From the NCBI GenBank assembly GCA_963762145.1, contig CAVXJS010000010.1, forward strand, positions 192,001 to 256,000: a stretch of DNA of 64,000 bases, given 5' to 3'. Source of the stretch: an uncultured Candidatus Rokubacteria bacterium. GTDB lineage: Bacteria; Methylomirabilota; Methylomirabilia; Rokubacteriales; CSP1-6. The notes under the pieces were generated by a model. The model worked only from the letters and a program-made list of their open reading frames with translations. It searched no databases and was not told the DNA's origin. A program made the translations under genes and the position numbers. Shown here in pieces: positions 42,653-53,100 of the stretch. How positions within the stretch are numbered: position 1 is the stretch's first letter; the number at the start of each line of letters is the position of its first letter.

Positions 42653-43480
42653 ATGAAGACCCTCTCGCCCGCCGCGGTCGCGCAGTACCGTCGTGACGGC
42701 TTCTACTTTCCCCACCCCGTGCTCTCCCCCGAGGACGCGGCCGGGTACCGCGCGCGGCTCGAGGCGATCGAGCGCGAACGCGGCGGCCCCCTGGGCGGCG
42801 AGCTGCGTCACAAGGGCCACCTCCTCTTCACCTGGCTCGACGCGCTGATCCGCCATCCACGCATCCTGGATGCGGTCGAGGACATCCTGGGCCCGGATCT
42901 CCTCTGCTGGAGCTCGAGCTTCTTCATCAAGGAGGCGCGCGATCCGGCCTTCGTGTCCTGGCACCAGGACTCGACCTACTGGGGGCTGAGCGAGCCCGAC
43001 GTGGTGACCGCGTGGGTGGCCTTCTCGGAGAGCTCGATCGAGAGCGGCGCGATGCGCATGGTGCCGGGCACCCACACCGAGCAGGTCGCGCACCGCGACA
43101 CCTTCGCGCCGGACAACCTGCTCTCGCGCGGCCAGGAGGTCATGGTGGAGGTGGACGAGGCGCGCGCGGTGGACGTGGTGCTCCACCCGGGCGAGATGTC
43201 GCTGCACCACGTGCGCATGTTCCACGGCTCGCCGCCCAACCGCTCCGCGGACCGTCGCATCGGCTACGCCATCCGCTACATCCCGACGCACGTGCGGCAG
43301 GTCGCGGGCCCGCGGGACAGCGCCACTCTCGTGCGCGGCGTGGACACGTACCACCACTTCGATCACGAGGCGCCGCCCGCGGCCGACCTCGATCCCGCCG
43401 CCCGGGCGCAGCACGCCGCCATCATGAAGCGGCAGGGCGAGCTGCTCTACCGCGGCACCACCGCCGAGCGCTTCCGCTAG
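42653..43480 (+). CDS. Phytanoyl-CoA dioxygenase-family Fe(II)/2OG enzyme
   Basis: WHQD...HGSPPN-S-R motifs. Confidence 0.9.
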   Translation: MKTLSPAAVAQYRRDGFYFPHPVLSPEDAAGYRARLEAIERERGGPLGGELRHKGHLLFTWLDALIRHPRILDAVEDILGPDLLCWSSSFFIKEARDPAFVSWHQDSTYWGLSEPDVVTAWVAFSESSIESGAMRMVPGTHTEQVAHRDTFAPDNLLSRGQEVMVEVDEARAVDVVLHPGEMSLHHVRMFHGSPPNRSADRRIGYAIRYIPTHVRQVAGPRDSATLVRGVDTYHHFDHEAPPAADLDPAARAQHAAIMKRQGELLYRGTTAERFR

Positions 43481-43495
43481 CCCGCGCGATTCGCG

Positions 43496-44452
43496 TCAGC
43501 GGATCGCGACCGGGGCCACCGTCGAGCCGGTGAAGCCCTGCGCCTTGATCGGCTGCATGACGAAGGCGAACTCGTAGACCTGCTTCGCGGCCAGGTCGTC
43601 GAGCTTCAGGTTCTCGAGCAGGTGGATGCCGTTCACCACCAGCGCGATCTGGTGCACGGGCAGCGAGAGGCGCGGGTCCGGATTGGGCGCCACCTCGACC
43701 GGCCAGTTGTCCGAGCCGATCAGCATGGGGTCCAGGCGGGCGAGCCACTCCGCCGCCGCGACGCCGATCCCCGGGCAGCTCTTCACGTAGCGCGCGTTGT
43801 CCTTCGCCCACAGCTTGTTCCAGCCGGTGTTGATGAGGACCGCGTCGCCCGGCTGCAGCGTGACCCGCTGCTTGGCGAGGGCGTCCTGCAGGTCCTTGAT
43901 CGTGATCTCGTACGTGTCGGGCAGCATGTCCACGCCCTTGAGCGCGGCCACGTCGATCAGCACCCCGCGGGTCATCAGCGTGCCGACCTTCTCGATGCCG
44001 AGCTTGGTGAAGCCGCCCCGCGTCGCGATCGCCCCGGTCTTGAAGCAGTTGTAGTGGCTGTCCTCGTGGCTCTGGTGCGCGAAGCCGTCGAACTGGGTGC
44101 CGACCTGGCCGATCTCGGAGATGACGATCTCCTCGTTCGAGCCGCGGCGATTCGAGAAGTCGTTCATGAACGTCCGCTTCGCGTGGACGTCGAAGCGGCG
44201 GGTGCCGAAGAACGGCATCTTGTCGTTCATCACGTGGGCGATCTCGATGACCTCGCCGGTCTTGATGAGCTGGGCCGCGCGCATGACGCTCGCCGGCTTC
44301 ATGTGGTTGGCGGAGCCGCGCTCGTCGCCCGCGCCCCACTTCGAGGGACAGCGCTGACTCTCGGGGGGCACGGTCCAGCTCTGCGCCAGCGCGGGGGCCC
44401 ACGTCAGGGCGGTTGCGGCGGCGAGGACCAGTCCCACCACGGTGTGTCGCAT
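43496..44452 (-). CDS. Cyclase / kynurenine formamidase-family protein with signal peptide
   Basis: WGAGDERG, QVGTQFDGFAH, RGVLIDVA, GDAVLINTG and IHLLENL motifs. Confidence 0.88.
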   Translation of the reverse strand: MRHTVVGLVLAAATALTWAPALAQSWTVPPESQRCPSKWGAGDERGSANHMKPASVMRAAQLIKTGEVIEIAHVMNDKMPFFGTRRFDVHAKRTFMNDFSNRRGSNEEIVISEIGQVGTQFDGFAHQSHEDSHYNCFKTGAIATRGGFTKLGIEKVGTLMTRGVLIDVAALKGVDMLPDTYEITIKDLQDALAKQRVTLQPGDAVLINTGWNKLWAKDNARYVKSCPGIGVAAAEWLARLDPMLIGSDNWPVEVAPNPDPRLSLPVHQIALVVNGIHLLENLKLDDLAAKQVYEFAFVMQPIKAQGFTGSTVAPVAIR

Positions 44453-44579
44453 GGTCGTCTTCTCCAGAGCCCCGGGGGGCCACGGGCCGGTTAGGGGACG
44501 TGAAACGCGCGCCGAGTCTATACCGCTTCGGCGCTTGACGCCGCGCGGCCTCTGGCGCATCCTGCTCGAGGAACTGGTC

Positions 44580-44975
44580 ATGGCCAAGCCGATCATCGCG
44601 GTGTTCAACTCGAGCGACGACACGGTCGAGATGCTCCGGACCGCCCTCGAGGGCGAGGGGCTCCACACCGTGCCGGGCCACATCGGCGAGCTCAAGAAGG
44701 GCGAGCTCGACTTCGTCGCGTTCATCGAGCACCATCGGCCGGCGGTGATCGTCTACGACATCTCGCTGCCCTACGAGACGAACTGGAACTTCCTGAAGCT
44801 CGTGCGCAGCTCGCAGCCCGCCCAGGAGTGCCGCTTCATCCTTACCACGACCAACAAGCCCGCGCTCGACAAGCTGGTGGGCGAGAACGAGGCGCTCGAG
44901 ATCATCGGCAAGCCCTATGATCTCGAGCGGGTGGTCACCGCGGTGCGCTCCGCGCTCGACGGCGCGTCTTCGTAG
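44580..44975 (+). CDS. Atypical single-domain receiver protein
   Basis: AVFNSSDD, VIVYDISLP, ILTT and KPYDL motifs; upstream TTGACG-N17-CATCCT. Confidence 0.75.
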   Translation: MAKPIIAVFNSSDDTVEMLRTALEGEGLHTVPGHIGELKKGELDFVAFIEHHRPAVIVYDISLPYETNWNFLKLVRSSQPAQECRFILTTTNKPALDKLVGENEALEIIGKPYDLERVVTAVRSALDGASS

Positions 44976-44983
44976 GGCACGGC

Positions 44984-45854
44984 GTGCCCGTCGCGCTCGT
45001 CACCGGCACCAGCACCGGCATCGGGTTCGCCACCGCGCTGCACCTGGCGCGAAACCGCCATCGGGTGGTGGCGACCATGCGCAACCGGGCCAAGGCGGGC
45101 CCGCTCGAGGAGGCGGCGAGCCGGGAGGGACTGCCGCTCGACGGTGCGCGAGCTCGACGTCACCCGCCCGGAGTCGATCGACCGCGCGGTGGCCGCGACG
45201 CGGGACGGCGAGGGGCCGATCGACGTGCTGGTGAACAACGCGGGCATCGGCGGGGCCACGCCGCTCGAGCTCACCCCCGAGGCCGAGCACCGCGCGATGT
45301 TCGAGACCAACTACTGGGGCGCGATCCGGATGATCCAGGCGGTGCTGCCGTCGATGCGCGAGCGGCGAACCGGGTGCATCGTCAACGTCACGTCGATCGC
45401 GGGGCGGGTGGCCACCCCGAACCAGATCGCGTACTCCGCGTCCAAGCACGCGCTGGGCGCGGCGAGCGAGGCGCTGGCCCACGAGGTGGCCGCCTTCGGG
45501 GTCCGCGTGGCCATCATCGAGCCCGGCGTGATCCAGACCGCGATCTTCGAGAACTCGGCGCCCGCCACCCGCTACGACAAGACCTCGCCGTACCGGCAGA
45601 TCATGCGCCGCAACGGCAAGCTCTTCGCGGCCGGCTTCCGCAACCCCGGCCAGCCGGAGACCGTCGCGGCGGCGATCCTGGATGCGATCACGACCGACCG
45701 GCCGCGCCTGCGCTACCTGGTCGGCGTCGACGCGGAGGGCCTCGCGGCGGGGCGCGCCCGCATCAGCGACGAGGAGTGGGTGGCGATGGGCGGCGAGCTG
45801 AGCGACGAGGAGTACAACGCGCGTTTCAAGCGGTACTTCGGCATCGAGCTATAG
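44984..45854 (+). CDS. SDR oxidoreductase with one frameshift at about 45140
   Basis: TGTSTGIG, NNAG and YSASK motifs. Confidence 0.88.
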
Positions 45855-45857
45855 AGA

Positions 45858-46930
45858 TCAGAGGCGGGCCATCACCTGGTCCGCGAGCTGCTGGCTGACG
45901 CGCCACTTCTCGTCGGTGCCGGTGGCCCACATGAGCTCGCGCAGCCCGCCCCGCTCCAGCTCCTGGATGCGCTCGATCAGCTCCTCCGCGCGTGCCCACC
46001 AGGCAGGTGTCGCGCACCAGGTCCGCGTCGATCAGCTCGGCCTCGCCCGGGTGGAGGTAGGTGTAGTGGCCCTCGTGGGTGCGGAAGTGCCGGTGCTCGG
46101 CCGGCGTCTCCTCCACCAGCGCGCACGTAGCGCTTCCAGATGCGCCGCAGGAAGGGCGGCGGCTCGAGCCCCGCTCGTGCACCGCATCGTAGAAGTAGTA
46201 GACGCTCGCCATCACGTTCGGCCCCATCGCGCGGATCACGCGCTCGGAGTCGACCGCCTCGCCCGGCTCGAGCAGGACGATGTTGGTGAGCGCGCACAGG
46301 TGGAAGTCCTCGCCGAGCGCGCGGCCGTCGCGCCGGGCCCCGACCCCGGCCAGCGCCAAGGCCTCGGCGGGCGGCAGCCCGCGCGGCGGGATCGCGAATC
46401 ACGAGGCCGTCGCCGTACTGGCCGGCCACCTCCATGGCGCGCGGCCCGAACGCGGAGACGTAGAGGGGGATGCGCGGCTCGAGGCTCATGTACTTCTTCT
46501 CGCGGATCAGCATCTTGATCGGCTGCCGCGCGCCCTCGTAGGCGTAGTCCACCACGTCGCCCCGGAGCAGGCCGCGCAGCACGCGCAGGTACTCGCCGTA
46601 GTCCGCGATGCGCATCGGCGGCTGGCCCATGCTGCGCATGCGCGGTGTTGCCGGTGCCGATGCCGAGGTGCACGCGGCCCGGGGCGAGCCGGTTCAGCGT
46701 GGCCATGCGCGGCCACGTGCACCGGCGGGATGCGGGTGCCGCAGATGGCCACCCCGGGGCCCAGGCGCAGCCGCGAGGTCTGGCGCGCGGCCAGGGCCAG
46801 CACCGCGTAGCAGTCGGAGAACAGCATCTGGCTGTCGGCGACCCAGGCCGAGTCGTAGCCCAGGGACTCGATGTGCGGAGTAGAACCCGATCTCGTCGAC
46901 GTCGGCCATCACGCACACGCTCATGCGCAT
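45858..46930 (-). CDS. LLM-class flavin-dependent oxidoreductase, frameshifted
   Basis: GYDSAWVADSQM, LNRLAPGRVHLGIGTG and PLYVSAFGPR motifs. Confidence 0.8.
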
Positions 46931-46955
46931 CGGAGGATCCTTCCGGGGGCTGGGG

Positions 46956-47706
46956 TCACTTCTTTTCGCCGATCGATTCGAGCATCTGCTTCGCGCGCGG
47001 GACTTCCTTGAGGGTCCAGCGCGGCCGGTCGCTGGGCGCGCGCTCGGCCAGTACGGACTGCAGCTGCTGGCGCGCCTCGGCGTAGCGGCCGGTGTTGATG
47101 TAGAGCTGCGCCAGCTCGATGCGCACGCCGGTGAGCCGGGGGTCGAGCCGCTGCGCGGCCTTGAAGTGCTGCTCCGCTTCCTTGGGGTTGCCGCCGAGCA
47201 GTACCGGCAGCTCGCGGGCGATGCTGCCCGCCATGACATGCGCTCCGACGTTGTTGGGGTCCGAAGCGCAGGACCGTGTCCACGTGCTTCCGCAGATCGC
47301 GCAGCGCGAGGGCCGAGTGGAGCAGGCCCTTGGCCTGCGACCACGAGCCGAGGGTGGCCGCGTACCAGAAATGGGCCTCCGGGTCGTTCGGGGCCAGCTC
47401 GGTGGCGCGCTTGGCGTAGTCGCGCGCCCGGAGGTAGGCCGCGACCTTGTCGTCCTCGGTCTTCGCGCGCTCCTCGCCGAAGAGGAACCATGCGCGGGCC
47501 AGGGCCAGCAGGGTGGGCACGTCCGCGGCGCCGCCCCCGGCCACGTGGGCCTCGAGCAGGTCGCGCGCGCGGTCGATGCGCGCGGGGTCGTCCTGGTACT
47601 GACGCAGCATCGCCCGGGCGGTCTCGGCGGGGGTCGCGGTCTGCGCGGCCGCGGGCGCCAGGCCGCCCAGGAGCAGCAGGGTCGCGAGGACGAGCGGCGG
47701 GCGCAT
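46956..47706 (-). CDS. Secreted TPR protein with one frameshift at about 47262
   Basis: Signal peptide; ATELAPNDPEAHFWYA and ELPVLLGGNPKEA motifs. Confidence 0.8.
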
Positions 47707-47854
47707 GGCCCCGATCGTACTATGCCCGCGCGGGGTTGCGTCGCTCCGGCGTGGCAGGAAATATGCCGGGAAGGTGTCTTTGGCCTCGAGCCACCCAGCC
47801 AGAGGCGTGATTTCGCTGCGAAGATGAGAACCCGCGACCGGACATGCGGTAAAA

Positions 47855-49540
47855 ATGCCGGGAAGGAAATACCCGCAGGGGGGCGGCGTGGCCAAGCGAA
47901 CGGGCAAGCGAACCGGGAAGACCCGGCCTCGAGAAGTCGCGCCGGCGGACGACCCAGTCGTGAACGCGGCCCGACTCGCGGCCATCGTGGACTCCTCGGA
48001 CGATGCCATCGTGAGCAAGACCCTCGAGGGGGTCATCACATCCTGGAACCCGGGGGCCGAACGGATCTTCGGCTATACCGCGGCCGAGGCGGTGGGCCAG
48101 CACATCACGCTGATCATTCCGGAGGACCGATACTCCGAGGAACGTGAGGTCCTGGCCCGCCTCGTCAAGGGCGAGCGGATCGATCACTTCGAGACGGTCC
48201 GGCGGACCAAGGACGGCCGGTTCATCGAGATCTCCCTCACCGTGTCGCCGGTCCGGAACGCGGCCGGGCGCGTCGTGGGCGCCTCGAAGGTGGCGCGCGA
48301 CATCTCGGAGCGGCGGCGCCTCGAGTCGGAGCGCGAGGCGCTGCTCGCGCGCGCGCAGGAAGCCCGGAGCGAGGCCGAGGCCTTGAATCGGAGCAAGGAT
48401 CAGTTCCTGGCCACGCTCTCGCACGAGCTCCGGACCCCGCTCAATGCCATCTACGGGTGGGCCCGCATGCTCGACGCGGGCCGCCTCGACCAGGCGGCGA
48501 TCCGCCGCGCGACCGAGGCGATCCTTCGCAACTCGGTCGCGCAGGTGCAGCTCATCGAGGACCTCTTCGATGTCTCGCGCGTGATCACCGGTAACATGCG
48601 CCTGGACGTGCGTCCCCTGAACGCCGCGGCGGTGCTGGACGCCGCCCTCGACGCGGTCCGACCGACCGCGGCGGCCAAGGGAGTCCATCTCGAGGCGATC
48701 TTCGATCCCCGGGTGGGCGCGCTGATGGGAGATCCCGCCCGTCTTCAGCAGGTGGCGTGGAACCTGCTCGCGAACGCGGTGAAGTTCACGCCGAGGGATG
48801 GCCGGGTCACCGTACACCTGCGGCTGGCCGGCGACCACGTCGAGATCGTGGTCCGCGACACCGGCGAGGGCATCGCGCCCGAGCACATGCCGCGCCTCTT
48901 CCAGCGGTTCGGCCAGGCCGACAGCAGCTCGACACGCCGGCACACCGGACTTGGCATCGGGCTGGCGCTCGTCCGGCATCTCGTCGAGCTGCACGGGGGC
49001 ACGGTGAGCGCGCAGAGCGCGGGCCCCGGCCACGGCGCCACGTTCACGGTGCTGCTGCCGGTGGCCCCGGCCCTGGCCGCGGTGTCCCCCCTCCCGACGT
49101 CGCCGGTGCGCGCGAGCGTCGGCGTGCCCGCTCCGGGGGAGGCGAAGCCGCTCTCGCTCCGAGACCTCCGCGTCCTGGTCGTGGATGACGATGCCGACGG
49201 CCTCGAGCTGGCGGCGCTGGTACTCGTCAACGCGGGGGCCGAGGTCCGGGCATCGTCGTCTCCGGCCGCCGCGATGGCCGTGCTCGAGGACTGGCCCGCC
49301 GACGTGCTGGTGTCGGACCTCGAGATGCCCGGCGAAGACGGGGTGACCCTGCTGCGCCGGGCCCGGACCGTGATGACGCGGCGAGGGCGGAGGCTGCCGG
49401 GACTGGCCCTGACCGCGTACGGGCGATCGGAGGACCGGATCCGGGCGCTGGCGGCCGGCTTCAACCTGCACCTGGGCAAGCCGGTCAGCCCGGCGGAGCT
49501 GGTGCTGGCGGTGGCGAGCCTGGGAGGCCGGACGGAGTGA
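47855..49540 (+). CDS. PAS hybrid histidine kinase (PAS-HisKA-HATPase-REC)
   Basis: SHELRTPL, NLLANAVKFT, DTGEGI, GLGIGL and a C-terminal receiver domain. Confidence 0.93.
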   Translation: MPGRKYPQGGGVAKRTGKRTGKTRPREVAPADDPVVNAARLAAIVDSSDDAIVSKTLEGVITSWNPGAERIFGYTAAEAVGQHITLIIPEDRYSEEREVLARLVKGERIDHFETVRRTKDGRFIEISLTVSPVRNAAGRVVGASKVARDISERRRLESEREALLARAQEARSEAEALNRSKDQFLATLSHELRTPLNAIYGWARMLDAGRLDQAAIRRATEAILRNSVAQVQLIEDLFDVSRVITGNMRLDVRPLNAAAVLDAALDAVRPTAAAKGVHLEAIFDPRVGALMGDPARLQQVAWNLLANAVKFTPRDGRVTVHLRLAGDHVEIVVRDTGEGIAPEHMPRLFQRFGQADSSSTRRHTGLGIGLALVRHLVELHGGTVSAQSAGPGHGATFTVLLPVAPALAAVSPLPTSPVRASVGVPAPGEAKPLSLRDLRVLVVDDDADGLELAALVLVNAGAEVRASSSPAAAMAVLEDWPADVLVSDLEMPGEDGVTLLRRARTVMTRRGRRLPGLALTAYGRSEDRIRALAAGFNLHLGKPVSPAELVLAVASLGGRTE

Positions 49541-49638
49541 CGGGAGGGCAGCGGGGAAGGACGTGAGCCGCCCTCGTGCCACGGGGCCATCCGTGAGCAC
49601 GCTTGACGCGCCCAGCCACCGGACATACCCTGCCGCAG

Positions 49639-50787
49639 ATGCGCGAGACGCGGCGGCTCATGCTCGTCGGCGCCCTGCTGTCGCTGGCGCTGGTGTGTTC
49701 GGCCCAGGCCGGGGAACGGCGGGCCCTCTCGGAGTATTTTCCACCCCCCGAGAGCAACGGCGGGTGGCGATCGGCTCTGCCGGAGAAGGGAGAGCCGGAC
49801 GCGGCGCAGAAAGCCGCGATTGCCCGGCTCGGCGTCGATTTCGAGACGTTGAAGGAGGCATGGTCGTACAACGCCAGAACGGAGGGCGCGACGGGGCTGA
49901 TCGTCATTCGCAAGGGAACCGTGGTCGGCGAGTGGTACAAGGACAGCGACCAGAACACGACCTTCAACATCTATTCCAGCGCCAAGGCGTACACGAGCCT
50001 GGCCTATGGACTGCTGCTCTCCGAGACCGAACGCGGCCAGCGAACGCTGACGCTCGATACGAAGGTTGGAAACGAGACGTGGCTGCCGGAATCGCTTCCG
50101 CTCTCCGATCCGCGCAAGGCCGACATCACCCTCCGTCACCTGCTGAACATGACGAGTGGGATCGAGGGCGGCAGTCTGCCGATCGACACCGCTCCGTTCG
50201 AGATCGCGCTCGGCAAGACGAAGGACTCGCCGTTCGCCACGCTGAAGAGCGAGCCCGGCGAGAAGTTTCTATACAGCGACGCCGGCGTCGCTCATCTGGT
50301 CCTGCTGTTCAGGCGGGCCGCGGGCCAGGACCTTCAGCCGTATCTGAAGGAGCGCGTCTATCCACGGATCGGCATGCGGAACGTGACGTGGACGCAGATC
50401 GGCGGTAAGGGCAAGCTCGGTCCATTGAGTCAGGGCTACAGCGGTGTGGTGACGACCCCCCGTGAACATGCCCGTTTCTGCTACCTGGCGTTGCACAAGG
50501 GAATGTGGGATGGCCGCCGGGTGGTTCCCGAGTCGCACTTCGACTTCGCGTGGACCGGCACCAAGGCCAATCCGATGTACGGGGCGCAGTGGTGGGTCTA
50601 TCCGCGCCACCCGGACGCTCCGCCGGATCTGGTTCAGACCTCAGGAGCGTTCAACAACATCGGCATCGTCGTGCCCAGCCTCGACCTCGTGTTCATCCGC
50701 CTTGGTGACGGCAAGGTGTTTCCGGACAAGGACTTCTCCCAGCGGCTGCTCAGGAAGATTCTGGCGGCGGTGAGGCGAGATCCTTAA
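49639..50787 (+). CDS. Secreted serine hydrolase (beta-lactamase class C-like)
   Basis: SxxK (SSAK), ITLRHLLNMTSG and PGEKFLYS motifs; signal peptide. Confidence 0.85.
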   Translation: MRETRRLMLVGALLSLALVCSAQAGERRALSEYFPPPESNGGWRSALPEKGEPDAAQKAAIARLGVDFETLKEAWSYNARTEGATGLIVIRKGTVVGEWYKDSDQNTTFNIYSSAKAYTSLAYGLLLSETERGQRTLTLDTKVGNETWLPESLPLSDPRKADITLRHLLNMTSGIEGGSLPIDTAPFEIALGKTKDSPFATLKSEPGEKFLYSDAGVAHLVLLFRRAAGQDLQPYLKERVYPRIGMRNVTWTQIGGKGKLGPLSQGYSGVVTTPREHARFCYLALHKGMWDGRRVVPESHFDFAWTGTKANPMYGAQWWVYPRHPDAPPDLVQTSGAFNNIGIVVPSLDLVFIRLGDGKVFPDKDFSQRLLRKILAAVRRDP

Positions 50788-50790
50788 ATA

Positions 50791-51190
50791 CGTCAGAGAA
50801 GGCGTGTAAGCCGGGTCCTGTCTGACCGCCGCGGTTTCCCGTGACGGCGAGATGATCATTTCTCTAGGACGCCGGTTACCCGGCGCCTCAAGCGGCCATA
50901 CCCGAGAGCACCACGCGGGCCGCGCTTCACCTGCTCTCGCGAGCAGGATCGCTCTCCTATTTGGCCTTGCTCCGGGTGGGGTTTACCGAGCCGACCTGGT
51001 CACCCAGGCCGCTGGTGAGCTCTTACCTCACCGTTTCACCCTTACCGCCCGTGAGGGCGGCGGTTTGCTTTCTGTGGCACTGTCCATGGGGTCGCCCCCC
51101 CTGGCCGTTAGCCAGCACCCTGCCCTGCGGAGCCCGGACTTTCCTCCCGCACGGTTGCCCGTGCCGGCGATCATCCAGCCTTCTCTGACG
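50791..51190 (-). ncRNA. rnpB: RNase P RNA, bacterial type A
   Basis: The minus strand has GAGGAAAGTCCGGGC, AGTGCCACAGAAA, GGTAAACCCC-GGAGCAAG and ACAGGACCCGGCTTA. The ends pair as P1 (CGTCAGAGAAGGC / GCCTTCTCTGACG), and TATACT lies upstream at 51220-51225. Confidence 0.97.
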
Positions 51191-51230
51191 CACTCAAAGA
51201 GCGTGTGTCGCTGCGTGAAAGTATAGCCCG

Positions 51231-51707
51231 TCAGGGCTCACCCCGCTTGCTCGCCTTGTCCTGCGCCCGCCGCTCGAGCTCCCAGTAGCGCCGATCGCGC
51301 TCTTCCAGCATCTCCTCCGAGGAGCGGAGCGGCGCCGCCGGGGGTTGCTCGACGCCCAGCGCGTGGCCGATGTCGTCCACCCGGTCCTGGTCGGGGGTGG
51401 ACACGCTGCCGCCGGCCGCTTCCTCGCCCGAGCTCTGCGCGCGCTGCCAGTCCGCGTCCAGGTCGCCCGCGCTCGCCGCCGGCCCGGTCTCGTGGTGCTC
51501 GAGCACCTCGCGCAGCAGACCGACGGTGCGGCCTTGATCCTCCGCGCCTTCCTTGCCACGCCGGGTGGCGGTGGTCCGCTTGCGCCCGCGGCGCTTGGCC
51601 CGCCGCGCCGGCGCCGCGCCGCCCTTCTTCTTCACGGCCTTCCTCGTCGTCCGCGTCTTCGTCGTCTTCGTCCGGCTGCGTTTCCGTTTCGGCTTTCGCT
51701 TGCTCAT
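51231..51707 (-). CDS. DUF6335-like protein with a K/R-rich N-terminus
   Basis: AGDLDADW..A-SSGEEAAGGS-STPDQDRVDDIG-ALGV motif. Confidence 0.75.
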   Translation of the reverse strand: MSKRKPKRKRSRTKTTKTRTTRKAVKKKGGAAPARRAKRRGRKRTTATRRGKEGAEDQGRTVGLLREVLEHHETGPAASAGDLDADWQRAQSSGEEAAGGSVSTPDQDRVDDIGHALGVEQPPAAPLRSSEEMLEERDRRYWELERRAQDKASKRGEP

Positions 51708-51847
51708 GTGCCACCTCCCCCCGGGGTCCTCGCGGCTGGGCCTATCATACGCTGCGATTTGACGCTCCTTCGGCCGTCTGCTAGGGTGGCCCCGCGAATC
51801 GCTTCTCCACGTTTCCTCTCGAACGACGGCGTCTCAGGGAGGTCGCA

Positions 51848-53083
51848 ATGGCGCAGGAAGCGCACGATCCGGAAGCCTCAACCTCGATGTCGCGGCGGGT
51901 GATGCTCCGCAGCGTGGGCGCGGCGGTGGGCGCCGCGGTGCTCGCGCCGCATCTGGTTGGCGCGCAGACGCCGCCGAGCGGGCCGGTGGCCCCGCCCAGC
52001 ACGATCACCACGCCGCCGCGGGACTTCAGCCCGCGCGGCGCGCCCACCACCTACTTCAGCGACCCGGACGTGCTCACGGTCGAGCCCATGTTCAACGGTC
52101 TCCGGCAGCCGAACGCCCCGATCCAGAGGCTGTGGACCGGCGCGCTCTGGTCGGAAGGGCCCGCGTGGAGCTCCCAGGGCCGCTACCTGGTGTGGAGCGA
52201 CATCCCGAACAACCGCCAGATGCGCTGGATCGAGGACAACGGGCACGTCAGCGTGTTCCGCACGCCGTCGAACAACAGCAACGGCAACACGTTCGACTTC
52301 CAGGGTCGCCAGCTCTCCTGCGAGCACGTCACCCGGCGCGTGGTGCGGTACGAGCTCGACGGGTCGACGACCATCCTCGCGGCCATGTTCAACGGCAAGC
52401 GGCTCAACTCGCCCAACGACGTGGTGCCGCACCCGGACGGCAGCTACTGGTTCACCGACCCGCCCTACGGCGCCCAGTTCTACGAGGGCACGGTGGACGC
52501 GCCGGGCGGGCCCGCCAACCTGGCCGGCCGGCTCAACCCGCGGCTCGGCCAGCCGCCGGAGCTCGGCGGCTACAAGCGCGAGCTGCCCACCGCGGTGTAC
52601 CGCCTGGACAAGAGCGGGACGCTCACCCAGGTCGCGGGGGAGGACATCGTGCCCGATCCCAACGGGCTCTGCTTCTCGCCCGACTACAAGAAGCTCTACG
52701 TGGTCAGCACCGGCAAGGGGCCGGGCGACACCCACGCGGGCGGCAAGGGTGAGATGCACGTGTTCGACGTGGGCGGCGACAACAAGCTGACCAACGGCAA
52801 GCTCTTCAGCGCCTTCATGGTCGACGGCGTCAAGTGCGGGCCCGACGGCGTGCGGGCCGACGTGGACGGCAACCTGTGGTGCTCGAGCAACGCGGGCCGC
52901 AACGTCGGCTACAGCGGGGTCACGGTGTGGACGCCGGCGGGCCAGCTCATCGGGCGCATCCGGCTGCCCGAGGTCTGCGGCAACGTCTGCTTCGGCGGGC
53001 CCAAGCGCAACCGCCTGTTCATGGCCGCCAGCCAGTCCCTCTACGCGGTCTACACGCAAACCCAGGGCGCCGCGCCCGGCTAA
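51848..53083 (+). CDS. SMP-30/gluconolactonase with Tat signal
   Basis: SRRVML twin-arginine signal; WSEGP, LNSPND, PNGLCFSPD and PDGVRAD motifs. Confidence 0.92.
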   Translation: MAQEAHDPEASTSMSRRVMLRSVGAAVGAAVLAPHLVGAQTPPSGPVAPPSTITTPPRDFSPRGAPTTYFSDPDVLTVEPMFNGLRQPNAPIQRLWTGALWSEGPAWSSQGRYLVWSDIPNNRQMRWIEDNGHVSVFRTPSNNSNGNTFDFQGRQLSCEHVTRRVVRYELDGSTTILAAMFNGKRLNSPNDVVPHPDGSYWFTDPPYGAQFYEGTVDAPGGPANLAGRLNPRLGQPPELGGYKRELPTAVYRLDKSGTLTQVAGEDIVPDPNGLCFSPDYKKLYVVSTGKGPGDTHAGGKGEMHVFDVGGDNKLTNGKLFSAFMVDGVKCGPDGVRADVDGNLWCSSNAGRNVGYSGVTVWTPAGQLIGRIRLPEVCGNVCFGGPKRNRLFMAASQSLYAVYTQTQGAAPG

Positions 53084-53100
53084 AAACTGGGGTCAGCCGC

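Noticed and set aside
49566-49581. TGGCAC-GAGGG-CGGCT on the minus strand
   Set aside because: The -12 box is poor and it points antisense into the kinase gene.
50852-51226. ORFs of 124 and 75 aa
   Set aside because: They are antisense to the RNase P RNA and are spurious.
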